In this document: piece after piece, positions 51,370 to 62,070 of the stretch | Numbering within the stretch: position 1 is the stretch's first letter | Layout: each line of letters opens with the position of its first letter | Source: Minutocellus sp. GHC0000111 | Lineage: Eukaryota | Reading direction: 5' to 3' | Assembly (NCBI GenBank): GCA_977018835.1 | Contig: OZ361257.1 | Location: 1,178,001-1,242,000, forward strand | DNA length: 64,000 nucleotides | Made by a program: the position numbers and the translations under genes | Notes under the pieces: model-generated | Seen by the model: the letters and a program-made list of their open reading frames with translations, nothing else | What the model was told of the DNA's origin: nothing | Databases searched by the model: none

Positions 51370-53781
51370 CTACGCGCTCGGAGTTGCGTACCAAATGAGC
51401 CAGTCGGCCTCATTCAATGCAATGCCAGCTCGAGTGCACCAACGCTTCAAATCAGCCTCGGTAACACCCGAGACGTCGGCCCCTTCATATCCCTGAATCT
51501 CCTCCAGGAGCATGTCTGTCATGGCCCTCCAAGCAAACAGATCCTTGGGTGTTGCAGCCCTCGCGACATCGCGCAGGGCGACGTAGGCCTCCTCGTTCCC
51601 GTCCACGATCTCCATCGCAATCTCCTCTACCGACCGTCCTCGTGCTGCTTCGATCCATCCATCGATATCAGATGATGTGGGCCGGCCCTGGTCAGGAGTG
51701 GCAACACTCATCAGCGATGCAATTGATGATCCCTCTGAAACATTAGCAAGCTCCCTCCAATTGTGAACCGAGCACTGATTCATAAGAGCCACCGTCCATG
51801 CCTTGATATCTGAATCAGTGGCTTCATACGCCCCACCTTCGGACGAAGCGAATCCCTCCCTAATACACTCGGCCAGTTCGTCTTCATCTTTATCGGTAGG
51901 TGTCACAAGCTTCCATGTTTCAGGTTGAACCGATCCTGATAGCCTTGCTTTGTCGGTCGGAGCCGCTACATTTGCAGATACCTTGGAGGGCGACTCGCCA
52001 TCGAACCGAGCAAGCGCCGCTCTGGCTGACCTCTCTCTGGCATTGGACCGATCGTGCTCGGCCATGTCTTCCATGGCCTTCTCCACGGCCTCGATGGCTT
52101 CGATGCCACCACCGTCGTTAACTCCTGCACCCGCGTCTTCCTCGTCGTCAATCTCCCCCCTGGCCACCTTCTCCTGACGCAGATTCTCCCGAGCCTTCTC
52201 ACTGAGCATGCGCGACCGTCCATCCAAGAAGGACCAGTCCAAGTTCGGCAAGATCATACGAAGCGCATCCTCGGTCGATTTGCCGGGATAATGATGCGCC
52301 AGGGACCAAAACACCCTCGGCGATAGCTGGGCCATGGAGGCAGGACGGAGCATCTCCCTGCCGCTGCCACCGCTACCACCACCCCCAGCCGCTTCCAAGT
52401 CATCGTCGTCGTCGGAATGGTCGGCATGGACCGCCGCAACGACCGCCCTAAGGGCCTCGAGGGCGATGATTTCCACGTCCTCCTCGTACTCCCCCCGTCC
52501 CTCGACGCCCTTGGAATACCGCGCGACGTACATGCCCACGTGCGATGCCGCTCCCTCCACTGGCACCGGCACTGGCGGCATCGGACTTGGCCACGATGCG
52601 GAATTTCCCGGCCCGGACGGCGTCGACCCGCACGACGGCCCGGCTGGCCTCGTAGGACTTGCCGACGGCGCCCTTCATGGCGGTGCGCAGCACCTTGCCA
52701 ATCTTGCCACCGCCTGCACCACCACCAGCACCCCCCGCCATGGACCCCATGAGGGCATACGACACGTCGTCCTCGGAGGACATGTTGCCAAACAGTGTGT
52801 TGGTACCTCTGCCCCCCTTCTTCTTCCTCGTGGCAGCTGCTGCAGCACTGGTAGGTGCCACGTCGCTCCCGTCGCCCAATCGCCGTCCGGGCATGGCCGC
52901 CATCTTCCGCACCGCCGCGGCGGCCGCCCGCTTCTCGGCAGCTGCCGCCCTAGCTGCGGCCAGGTTATTGTTGCTATTGCCGCTACTTGCAGCAGGAGAG
53001 GCGACCTTCTTCTTGGCAGCCTTCTTCTTCTTACCCCCACCTTGGGCGGCAATCAGACGGTCCTGCTCCCGGATGATGGCGGGCATGGCCGCGCTGGCGG
53101 CGGCCGAGGCGGCCCGCTTCGACTTGCGCCCGCCGTTGGCGTTGGCAGCTGCATCCTGTCCATTATTGCCATCGCCACCGTCATCGCTGCCGTCGTCGGC
53201 ATCTGCTGCGTTTGGATCGTACTCGTCGGCATCGTCTGCCGTAGCCGAGGCAGCCGGGCGGGATCGCTTCTTGCCAGCTGCCGCCGAAGCGGTCGTCTTC
53301 AGGGCCGGCTTTTTCGGTGCCGCCCGCGCCGCGCTGCCACCACCGCCAGCAGCACCGCCGCTAACACCTACGATGCCCGATCCGCTCGTTCGGATATTGC
53401 CATTCTTGTTGTTCTTCTTCTTGTTCCCACCGCTCGGCACGAAGCGGACCGTCACGCTCTCGTTCCTCCCGACAAAGTCCTTGACCAGGGTTTCCTCATC
53501 CTCCTCCCTGCCATCTCCCACCCCAATCAACTTGGGGGGAAAGCCCACCCGCAGCTCCACGTCGTAGTGTTCGAGGCTGGCCCCAAACAACCGGTAGGCG
53601 TCGAGACGCAATTGGGGGAGGGTGGTTTGCGACGGGGTGATTTGGACTAGGTGGCGTTGTTGGGGTTGGGGTTTGGCCGATTTGGAGGGTTTGCCCGCCT
53701 TGGTGAGGGGGGAGGCGGTACGCCTTGCAGGCGGATGGGGTAGGTGGCGTCCGTGGCGGCAGAGGAGGAGGAGGCCGCCAT
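51370..53781 (-). CDS. Hypothetical protein with N-terminal ubiquitin/UBX-like domain; frameshifts near 53710 and 52555
   Basis: ELRVGFPPKLI resembles the UBX-like GFPP motif. Three ORF segments join at C/G homopolymers. Confidence 0.6.
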
Positions 53782-53956
53782 CGTGGTGCAGGTATGAGCA
53801 GATTTTATGGGGCGGATTTCCGGTTTTCCACTTTTTTTTTTTTTTTGATTTTTCCCCTTTTCCCCCTTTCATTTTTACCGACGGCGCTTGGGCGGCGGCC
53901 GGCGGCCGTATCGTTTGGCAAAGCAACGACCGCAAGCATGAGCAGCAGATAGCACG

Positions 53957-55651
53957 ATGAGACGGCGCAACGCAGAAGACGACGAGGGGCCGGGACATGC
54001 CGTTGAAAATGGCAGCGACGGACAATTCGGTGGACCGGCGCATAAGAATAACATAGGTAATCATCCGAGCACAACCACCAACACGTGTAGCAATGCCAAT
54101 GCCAACGGCAGTAACGGCAGATACCGTGCCCTCGGGGGTACGGTCGATCGGAGGAGGAAGCCAAGGACGACAAGGAGGAAGCGGCGCAAACAGTCCATCA
54201 CGCAGAGATGTTGTTGCCGCAACAACAACGAAGCTTGCAATGATTTGCCGAGGGAAGCGGTCGGTTCCATCGTGGTGTTCTTGGGGACGCTGGCCCTCAT
54301 CGGAATGTATCATCACAGCAATTGGAACGGTGCAAACTACAGTGGCGGCGCAACGTCATCGCAATCGGGCACGAGATTGCGCGGTGGCGGTGGTAGCAGG
54401 AAGCGTCCAAGGAATTATTCCAACCAAAACCAATACAACAGCAACAACGAAACTGCAATGCCGGCATTATTTGCCACGGATGCCGATCAAACAAACGACA
54501 ATGATAATCCGTACAATCCACACAACTTTCGACCCAATACTCCTCATGCACCGCCGTGCACGGCGTCGTTGGACCCATCCAGCATCGCCTACACACTGGT
54601 GACGCAAATGTCCTCGGAACGGATATGGATGATCGGAAAGCACTGCCAGCGGTGGGGATACGACCATCCCATATCGGTGGCGGTGTTTACCAACCGCACC
54701 CTGTCGAATGTTACCGGCGATGCGTTGGCCACCGGCTGTACACGGCATCAGTTGACTTTGTCGCTGCTCAATTCCGACGAATACGACGAAGATGACTATC
54801 CCGTCAACAAATTGCGCAACATGGCACTGTCGCAGGTGCGGACCACCCACGTCATGTACGTCGACATTGACTTTTGGCCCTCCACCACCCTCCGGCCGAT
54901 ATTGGAATCCCCCTCCCTCCGGCAGGAGTTTGGGCACGATCCCAAGCTGGCGGTCGTCGTGCCGGCGTATCAGCTATACGCCCACCGGCTGTGCGGGGAG
55001 CACGAGAACTGCAAGGAGAAGGAGCAGACCAACGACGTCCCCGGCACCATGGAGGACTTGCGGCCTCTGTTGGATTCCGAGGACGTCGGTGTGTTTGATT
55101 TGGAGTCCAATTGGAACGGCCACGGCAGTACGTCGTACAAGACATTTCTTCTGCAGAATGATGGGGAATTGTTCGACCTGCCCTGTATCAACAGCTACCG
55201 ATACGAGCCGTATTTGGCATTTAGATACTGCAGCGACCTTCCACCGTTCCAGGAGGCCTTTACAGGGTACGGCAAGAACAAAATGACATGGGCGATGCAT
55301 CTTCGACGGAGCGGATATGACTTTGCCCAAGTTGGCGGCGCATTCGTGTGTCACTATCCTCATTTTCGGTCCAAGGCCAAGCTGAGTTGGGATTACATAC
55401 CCAACCTCAACGTCTCCGATGTACTAGCTGTGAGCGTTGAGGCACGGAAGGCGGCCAAGCAAAATCGGTTCAACGTCGTGGAAAAGAAAGATATGATCCG
55501 AGGAGTGGATTGGGCTCAAACCAAACGAGGAAAGGGTGACTTGCTATACTTGGATTATCGCAAGTGGCTGTATGAGACAGTCCCCGACGAAGCTAGGCTG
55601 AAAATGTGCGATGAGACGTATACGGACGACAACAAGCTTTGGGTCAATTAG
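53957..55651 (+). CDS. GT49-family (LARGE/B4GAT1-like) glycosyltransferase
   Basis: TM anchor; TLVTQ, YPVNKLRNMAL, YVDIDFWPS, VVPAY, YEPY, F.GYGKNK, F..HYPH. Confidence 0.88.
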   Translation: MRRRNAEDDEGPGHAVENGSDGQFGGPAHKNNIGNHPSTTTNTCSNANANGSNGRYRALGGTVDRRRKPRTTRRKRRKQSITQRCCCRNNNEACNDLPREAVGSIVVFLGTLALIGMYHHSNWNGANYSGGATSSQSGTRLRGGGGSRKRPRNYSNQNQYNSNNETAMPALFATDADQTNDNDNPYNPHNFRPNTPHAPPCTASLDPSSIAYTLVTQMSSERIWMIGKHCQRWGYDHPISVAVFTNRTLSNVTGDALATGCTRHQLTLSLLNSDEYDEDDYPVNKLRNMALSQVRTTHVMYVDIDFWPSTTLRPILESPSLRQEFGHDPKLAVVVPAYQLYAHRLCGEHENCKEKEQTNDVPGTMEDLRPLLDSEDVGVFDLESNWNGHGSTSYKTFLLQNDGELFDLPCINSYRYEPYLAFRYCSDLPPFQEAFTGYGKNKMTWAMHLRRSGYDFAQVGGAFVCHYPHFRSKAKLSWDYIPNLNVSDVLAVSVEARKAAKQNRFNVVEKKDMIRGVDWAQTKRGKGDLLYLDYRKWLYETVPDEARLKMCDETYTDDNKLWVN

Positions 55652-55742
55652 CCACGTGACTTTTCAACGGCTACATCAGTTGGGTGAACTAGCTACGTAG
55701 TAACTTGAAAGAAGCGACATTCTTTGTTTTTTAAGTTCGCGA

Positions 55743-57459
55743 TTATAAAGGCCTCTTATCAAGCCAGTTATCAATAAGGCGCCGGGCGATGACGCCTTTT
55801 GGCGGTAACAAAAGGGGAATGTCTGGATTGGCTTCTACTGCTGCCTTCGCAACTCCCTTCCGCATCGTTGCACCCTCGATTGCCGCAGCTGCACGGACTT
55901 CTTCTACACTAAACAATCGCGCCGACACAATCTCATCTTCATCAATGTTAAGAGGCTGAGATGAATCGGCTGTTGCCATGAATCCAATCATTGATGATTG
56001 GGGGAACTTCGATATTGACAAGAACAGATAAGTTTAGTATAGATTGAGTACAAAACACGAGTAAGACGAAAAGAAGGATGAAAGCATACTATTAATAGTA
56101 TGGTCGAAATGAATTGATCTCCTTTGCTTTTGTACTTACAGGCCATGGTTGACTGCCAAGGTACTCAACACTGTCTTCATCAATTCGGATCCCAGTCTCC
56201 TCAAAGGCCTCCCTGGCCACACCCTTCTCAAACGTCTCCCCAGCCTCGATGAACCCAGCTAAAACGGTGTGCAAGCGAGGCGGATGACGCTGTGAATGGG
56301 CCAAGAGAATTTTGTCTCCCTCTCTGCTGGTGATGGCGGAAATCATGGATGGGTCCTGGCGCGGCCAGCTCTTGGCACCGCATTCCGTACAATTCATGCA
56401 CGTGCCTCCATGAATGAGCTCGGTTGGACCACCACAAAGCGGGCAAAACTGATTTCACCGTTGCCACTCAGCCAGAGCGGTTGCATGCAGAGCAATCTCG
56501 TTATGCACCGGTGATAAGAGCGGGGCACCAGTACGTGTATCAGTGAAATGAGCACCCTCGCCGTCGTTCTCAAACAAGGCATGGATCGAATCGTCGTTTC
56601 CACCGAGCAGGTCGGCACCAAAGTAGGCCTCCTTTTCGTTCAAAATACCAAGAAAGGTTGTCTTAACATCGGCACCGGTGGCATTGCACAAAGACTGGAT
56701 TTCATCAAAGGACAAGAATTTCAGCTCCCAACCATTGCCAAATAAAGACTGACCGCCTCGCAGCACGATATATTTTGCATCCCTCGCAAGCTTTGTCAAA
56801 GCCTCAGGATCACTTCTAAGATTGGTTGCCCTATCAAAATGATACTCTGAACCATCACCGAGAGGCCCCCTTGCATCAAGAATATTGTCTGCAGAAATAT
56901 TTGAGTGCTCCTCAACAGCCTCCAATGCAAGGTTTGCGGCAGCATCAGCAAACAAGCGCATGTTGGTCTCTCGATTGTTGTGAGGCGACCGCACGACGTC
57001 TTGCCTGACAACTGAAACCTCTCCACTGTCCTTGTCACGCTTGGCGACGGCTATTGCCGCGAAACCTTTGTCCAACCCATCAGGTCGGAAGGTTGGGCCA
57101 GTGGCGCCCGATTCAGCAATGGCGTAATCCGTCTTCATTTGTGCACAGTACTCGAGTGCAACTTTGCGCGTGTGCTCAATCTTGCTCCTCACATACAAGC
57201 TCTCCTCAGACTCGGCATTTCCAGAGTCCAGTGGTCGGGTCAAGTCCGCATGGAGCTTGTCATCGTTGAGAAGGAGCGGGCGGGCCTTGCGAGTGTTGTA
57301 GGAGACGGTGCCGCCCCAGAACACGGCCGACGATCCAGGGCAGCTCATAATGGAAGATTGAATGAGCCCACCACAGCAGGATTCGACGACGGTGGTTGTC
57401 GATTTGGCCTGCTTGAGGGCAGATACCAACCGGCGGAAGGAGGCGGACGTGAGGGACAT
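55743..57459 (-). CDS. CinA/PncC-like domain fused to NudC-type NADH pyrophosphatase; intron 56007-56139; in-frame TGA at 56455-56457
   Basis: VESCCGGLI, SGATGP (CinA-C); FCPLCG..CTEC zinc ribbon, PRQDP, AGFIEAGET....REAFEETG Nudix box, SQPWP|FPQS.MIGF. Confidence 0.88.
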
Positions 57460-57764
57460 GGTTGCTTTATGCTATCGTAATCGATATCCCACACTCCAGA
57501 GAGCCAAAAAGCCGACGCAGTTTTCTCTGGCAACGCGTCAGTCTTCGTCGAGAGCATAGCACGGTCGACATACGGACCGTAAATGACGCACAAATGACGA
57601 TAAAGAAACACACTGACATACATAAGCGTTCGTTCTCGAACAACGTCGAACCAGGCATGACTGACATCGCATCGAGTTGGCGTCTTGGTGGAAAGGAGAG
57701 AGCAGTAGACGTGCACCACAAACCACCACGGCATACAATTGTACAGCGCTCGTAACATTCAAAT

Positions 57765-58623
57765 ATGGGAAAACTAACGAAGGCAGAGCTTCGTCAAGAG
57801 CTTGCTCGGCATGTCTCGGAGAGAAACATTTCAATCCTTGAAAAAGACGACGAGAACGAAGTAGCGCATATCTTTGGAGATGCCTTTTCTGAAGATGAAA
57901 TGGTGGCCTGGGTAGCAGGTCTTGACGACGATGACCCCCGGCGTGAACAAAAGATGTATGCGCTGGCAAAGTACATGCTAAGGTGAGAGTGGTATTCGAA
58001 TGCCACCGGTCTACACGAATGCGAGTCACACAAATATCCATACATTCTCAAACATAGCTCCACCCTCTTCCCGCGCACATAGATTTATAAACAGACGAAA
58101 CATTACCGGAAAGCAGGGCGTTGCTGTAGGAATCAAGCCAAGAGATGGATCAGAAGAATTAGCAGGATCAATGACCATAACCCCGTCTTCGTGCAACGCC
58201 GATAGCATTGTCGATCACATCATTGCAGCTTTCAAGTACGGCATGCCCCCAATCTACAAGAAGAGCGAGAAGGGAAATTACAGCCCATTGGCTTCCAAAC
58301 GTCTAGAGATGATGACCCCGTTGACCAAGGCAAGGAAGAAGCATATGAAGGGAACTTCCAGATGGTTGTATCTGCAATCCGTAGGCGTGTTGAGGTCAAA
58401 GCACGGCGAAGGATATGGTTCGAAGTTGCTTCGAACTGTAACAGATACGGCTGACGCTTTGGCAGTACCAGTGTATCTCGAAGCCGAATCCGAACGCAAC
58501 GAATCCATGTACCAGTATTTCGGCTTTCGAACCGTCGAAAAGGTGACGATGAAAGTTCCTGGCGATGATCGACCCGACGCTAAATTCACCATGTGGCTCA
58601 TGATTCGCGATCCAAAAGGATAG
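57765..58623 (+). CDS. GNAT-family acetyltransferase; intron 57983-58082
   Basis: DAF..D, WLYLQSVGV...HGEGYGSKLL, VYLEA...N..MY..FGF. Confidence 0.85.
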
Positions 58624-58857
58624 TGAATTTGTTGAAAGTACCAATTGGTAAGTGAAAATATTATTGTAAAGGGACAGTGTGTGGATCACAAGTCAATATG
58701 CCTAAAAATTATAATGGATTTTTCTAAGGCTGCGTAGCTAGACACGCTTGCATTGGAACGGCTACGTCGTACTTTTCGACAGCTCTAAAAATAAAATCAT
58801 TGGGCGATGCATCTGCGCAGATTTATGTACAATCTAGCAAAGTTTTCGGATGCGGCA

Positions 58858-59738
58858 CTAAGCTGCACGGGAGATTCCACTAAGGGGAAGATTGAGTGCT
58901 GAGAAGAAGAAGAGGTTCCACGCCTCTTCGGTATCAATGTCAACATTCTCGGGACCATCACGACGACGAGACGCACCCTTCTTCGACTTTAGGATGCATA
59001 TTTTGTGCAACGCATCCAGGAGGTTGACAAGATCAGCATCGTCGTCATCCAGCAGGATTGAGATTTGCATGGAGTTGTAAAGGCAGGCAGCTGCACTCAG
59101 GAGAGTGAGGTTCTCCAGGATGGGGCCTTGTCGATGATTTTCGAGAGTGGATTCATCGTCGGCGTCTTCGGCCTCGTTCAACTCTCTCATCTGGCGAGCA
59201 ACATCGGGCATTAGCAACTTTAGGGCCATGTCGTAGAGAGCACTCGCCTTATTCATGTGGACGGTGTCTTGATCTCTAATGCCTAATTTCTGATGACTCA
59301 AGGCAAAGTTGTAGAGGACGATACCTGATATTTGTTCAACTTAATCAACCAATGCCGTCGTTGAAGGGATTGTAGACGAGGAATCCTCATCCCCATCAAA
59401 GTGAATGCGAATAGGTCGGTTGTAGAGGGAGCGAAGAGTTTGAAGGTCAAGACTGGATGGTGTGTCACCAGTAGTACTAGTAGCGGCGGGGACATCTTGA
59501 AGGTTCGTTGGCTGAAATGATGACGCGGAAGGTTGTGACGCAACCTGCATTTGCTGGTTGTTGTGCACGCTGGTGAGTTTACTGGCACACACGCGACGGC
59601 TTTCCTCTAATTCCATCCGGGCTTGAAGAATATCAGCATGGGCAGCGTCTTGGCCGTGGAAGCATCGCCGACGGTGGTGCCGCAATCCAAAACGTCGGCG
59701 GCAATATTGTTGAGCTCGATGGCGGTGTGGATGGGCAT
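58858..59738 (-). CDS. Hypothetical protein (AIELNN..LYNFAL motif type); in-frame TAA at 59341-59343 plus a 5' frameshift
   Basis: AIELNN, LYNRPI, IVLYNFALSH, KA..LYDMA; ORFs 59341-59685 and 58858-59301 share a frame. Confidence 0.6.
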
Positions 59739-60671
59739 GATATAGTAGTCTAGCTACGTAGTAGACAATGTTTGGCTGGAATATTGTTGGGCCGATTGAG
59801 GAATGGGCTGACGGGCTAGTCGTCGTACTCGCAGGGCTGTGTGCGTTTTGATGATGAGAGATGTTTTGAGCTGGTGCGGCTCACACAAACACACAAAGCG
59901 GCAAAAAATGCGGGTCGTTCCTTGCAATTTTCATCTCTTTTGGCATTCTCTGTCTCATTTTGTATGATCGTCCGTATGATACTGTCGCTCCTGGCAGGCC
60001 AAGTCTCTTGTACGATCGTAGGCCACATTTCTTTCGTAGGCCACATTCTGTCGCAGGCCTCGGGCGTGCAGAAGTGTCAGAACGGTGACGCTCTTATAGA
60101 GTGCATTTATTTCGACTTGTGTCATTTTTTTCGAGAGGTTTCCATTTGATCTCCTCACGTGTAGGCCAAGAGGCCAAGTCGTGAAGTCAACAGGCTCGTT
60201 TCTGAATTCCAAAATTGAGAGCGGGTATGTCAGAACTCTGACTCGCTTTCAGTGCTGTCGATCATTTGCGTCATTTGTCTGGGATTTCTCTGTGACGTAA
60301 GCCTTTGAGTCTGCCAAACTTCCTTATGATGGGTGAAATGCGTCACCGAAACTAAATTGCACCCTCTCAAACTCTCTTTTCGCCTTTCAGTTTCAGACAG
60401 TTGCCATGCATGATGCGCCCATGCCATGCCATGCCATGCCGTGGCGACTGAGCAGTCAGAGCGGATAGCAAACACGTAGCAGCCAGAGCAGCAGCGTCCC
60501 TACACGTGGAGAGCGGGCGCTGCAGGCACTTCATTCAAGGGCGGCTTTCTCCTCGTTTCTTTCCTCCTATTAGACCAACGCATTTTTGGTAATTAAGCAG
60601 GCAGAGGCGGCTTGCTTTCTTCATCACACTGCAAAACAGTACCCATAAATAACTACCACACACACAATCAC

Positions 60672-61853
60672 ATGCGCTTCCCACATTGGGCGGCCGCTCT
60701 CCTTACCACTTCATCGCTACCCGCCGGCTGTCGGTCTTGGAGGCTGGGAACTTCTGGCAATTTGGCATCTCGCACGCTACGTGTCAGCGCGTCGGGACCC
60801 GTATCTGGCCATTGTCGAGCTCTTCCTCTTTCCTCAAATAGTCACTGCTCGTTCGCATCTCCTCGTTTCGGAATATTATCTCCCGCAAGCTCCTCCGGCC
60901 GATTCATACCACCACCGAACAACCCATCATCAATCATCACCACTTCTACTCGACTCAAAATGACGGCCACCGACGACCAGGTGCGGACCATTCAAAGTGA
61001 CGGAGGAGAAGTGTCCATGACGGTACATCATTTGCAATCGGTCGGTTCGACCCAAGATGAGGCCCGTCGCCTGTTGAGTGCTGGTAGCAGCTCCTTTTCT
61101 GCATCTGAGGACGACACCGGATCCTCGGTCGAGCCATCAAAACACAACTGCCTAGCGACGTCGGCATCCGAGCAGACCAAAGGACGTGGCACCAGCGGCA
61201 GGGATTGGATCGGACGGGGCGGCAATACCTTTGTGACTGTCTGTGTCCCGTCGAGTTGTATTGTTAGCATACCGCTAACGCTCCTCCCGCTCAAGGTCGG
61301 TACGATTGTGGCTCAACTTGTCCACGAACGGCTGCGCGAACGCAAGGCATGGGCCAAGGTTGCCGTGAAGTGGCCCAACGATGTATTAGTGGATGATAAG
61401 AAGATTGCGGGAATTCTCATCGAGAACCATTACGATGAGGTGACAAAAGAAAGCTGGTACCTCGTTGGCATCGGGGTGAATGTCGCCCATGCTCCCAAGA
61501 TTGATTTGGCGGGGCCACAAAGAGGTCGCATGTCAACGTGCATTGCTGACCATTGTGAAATCGAAGGAGATGGCGTGGAAATGGCCCAAGCACTGGCATT
61601 TGATATCGCCAAGGGCATACACGATTGGGTCGCCGCATCCATTGGTGGGGGTGAGTACGTGGATAAATCCATTGCCAGCGAGGCCATAATACGAGAATGG
61701 TCGGATTGGGCTGAATTTGGCAAAGAGCAAGTCCTTCGCGATAAACCTGGCAACGTTGTGGTCACTCCCGTTGGAATTGAACCGGACGGACGGCTACGTG
61801 TTCGTCAACGGAATGGCAGTGAAATGCTACTTGCTGCTGACTATCTATTGTAG
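60672..61853 (+). CDS. birA: Biotin--protein ligase with N-terminal targeting extension
   Basis: STQD, QTKGRG..GR.W, KWPND...KKIAGIL, GIGVN. Confidence 0.92.
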   Translation: MRFPHWAAALLTTSSLPAGCRSWRLGTSGNLASRTLRVSASGPVSGHCRALPLSSNSHCSFASPRFGILSPASSSGRFIPPPNNPSSIITTSTRLKMTATDDQVRTIQSDGGEVSMTVHHLQSVGSTQDEARRLLSAGSSSFSASEDDTGSSVEPSKHNCLATSASEQTKGRGTSGRDWIGRGGNTFVTVCVPSSCIVSIPLTLLPLKVGTIVAQLVHERLRERKAWAKVAVKWPNDVLVDDKKIAGILIENHYDEVTKESWYLVGIGVNVAHAPKIDLAGPQRGRMSTCIADHCEIEGDGVEMAQALAFDIAKGIHDWVAASIGGGEYVDKSIASEAIIREWSDWAEFGKEQVLRDKPGNVVVTPVGIEPDGRLRVRQRNGSEMLLAADYLL

Positions 61854-62070
61854 TAGATCTAGCTACGAATTTTATGATGATATACTACGTAGACTCTAGT
61901 CTAGTACAGGGAACATGTGCTCTTGAGACTTTGAAGCGTGCCGTCAGTTATCTGTGCATTCTTCGCCGTCTCAATGCTTTGTATGTTTCTAATTCAAAAT
62001 TGTACGGCACAGTACGTCGTAAGCGGCCGTCCGGGTAAAACACGCATAACAAAAATAACAAACAAGGACA

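Noticed and set aside
52334..53650. Long antisense ORFs (438 aa here; also 31345-32442, 34103-34972, 37477-38277)
   Set aside because: These are shadow frames of GC-rich genes on the opposite strand and carry no motifs.
56455..56457. Selenocysteine TGA (also 45388 and 49438)
   Set aside because: The positions fit Arg rather than Cys by context, and I recognised no SECIS element.
8363..59343. Alternative genetic code (stop-codon reassignment)
   Set aside because: All three stop types appear internally only once to three times, and all three also terminate intact genes here (TAG birA, TGA protease inhibitor, TAA FCP). Long ORFs such as XRN contain none.
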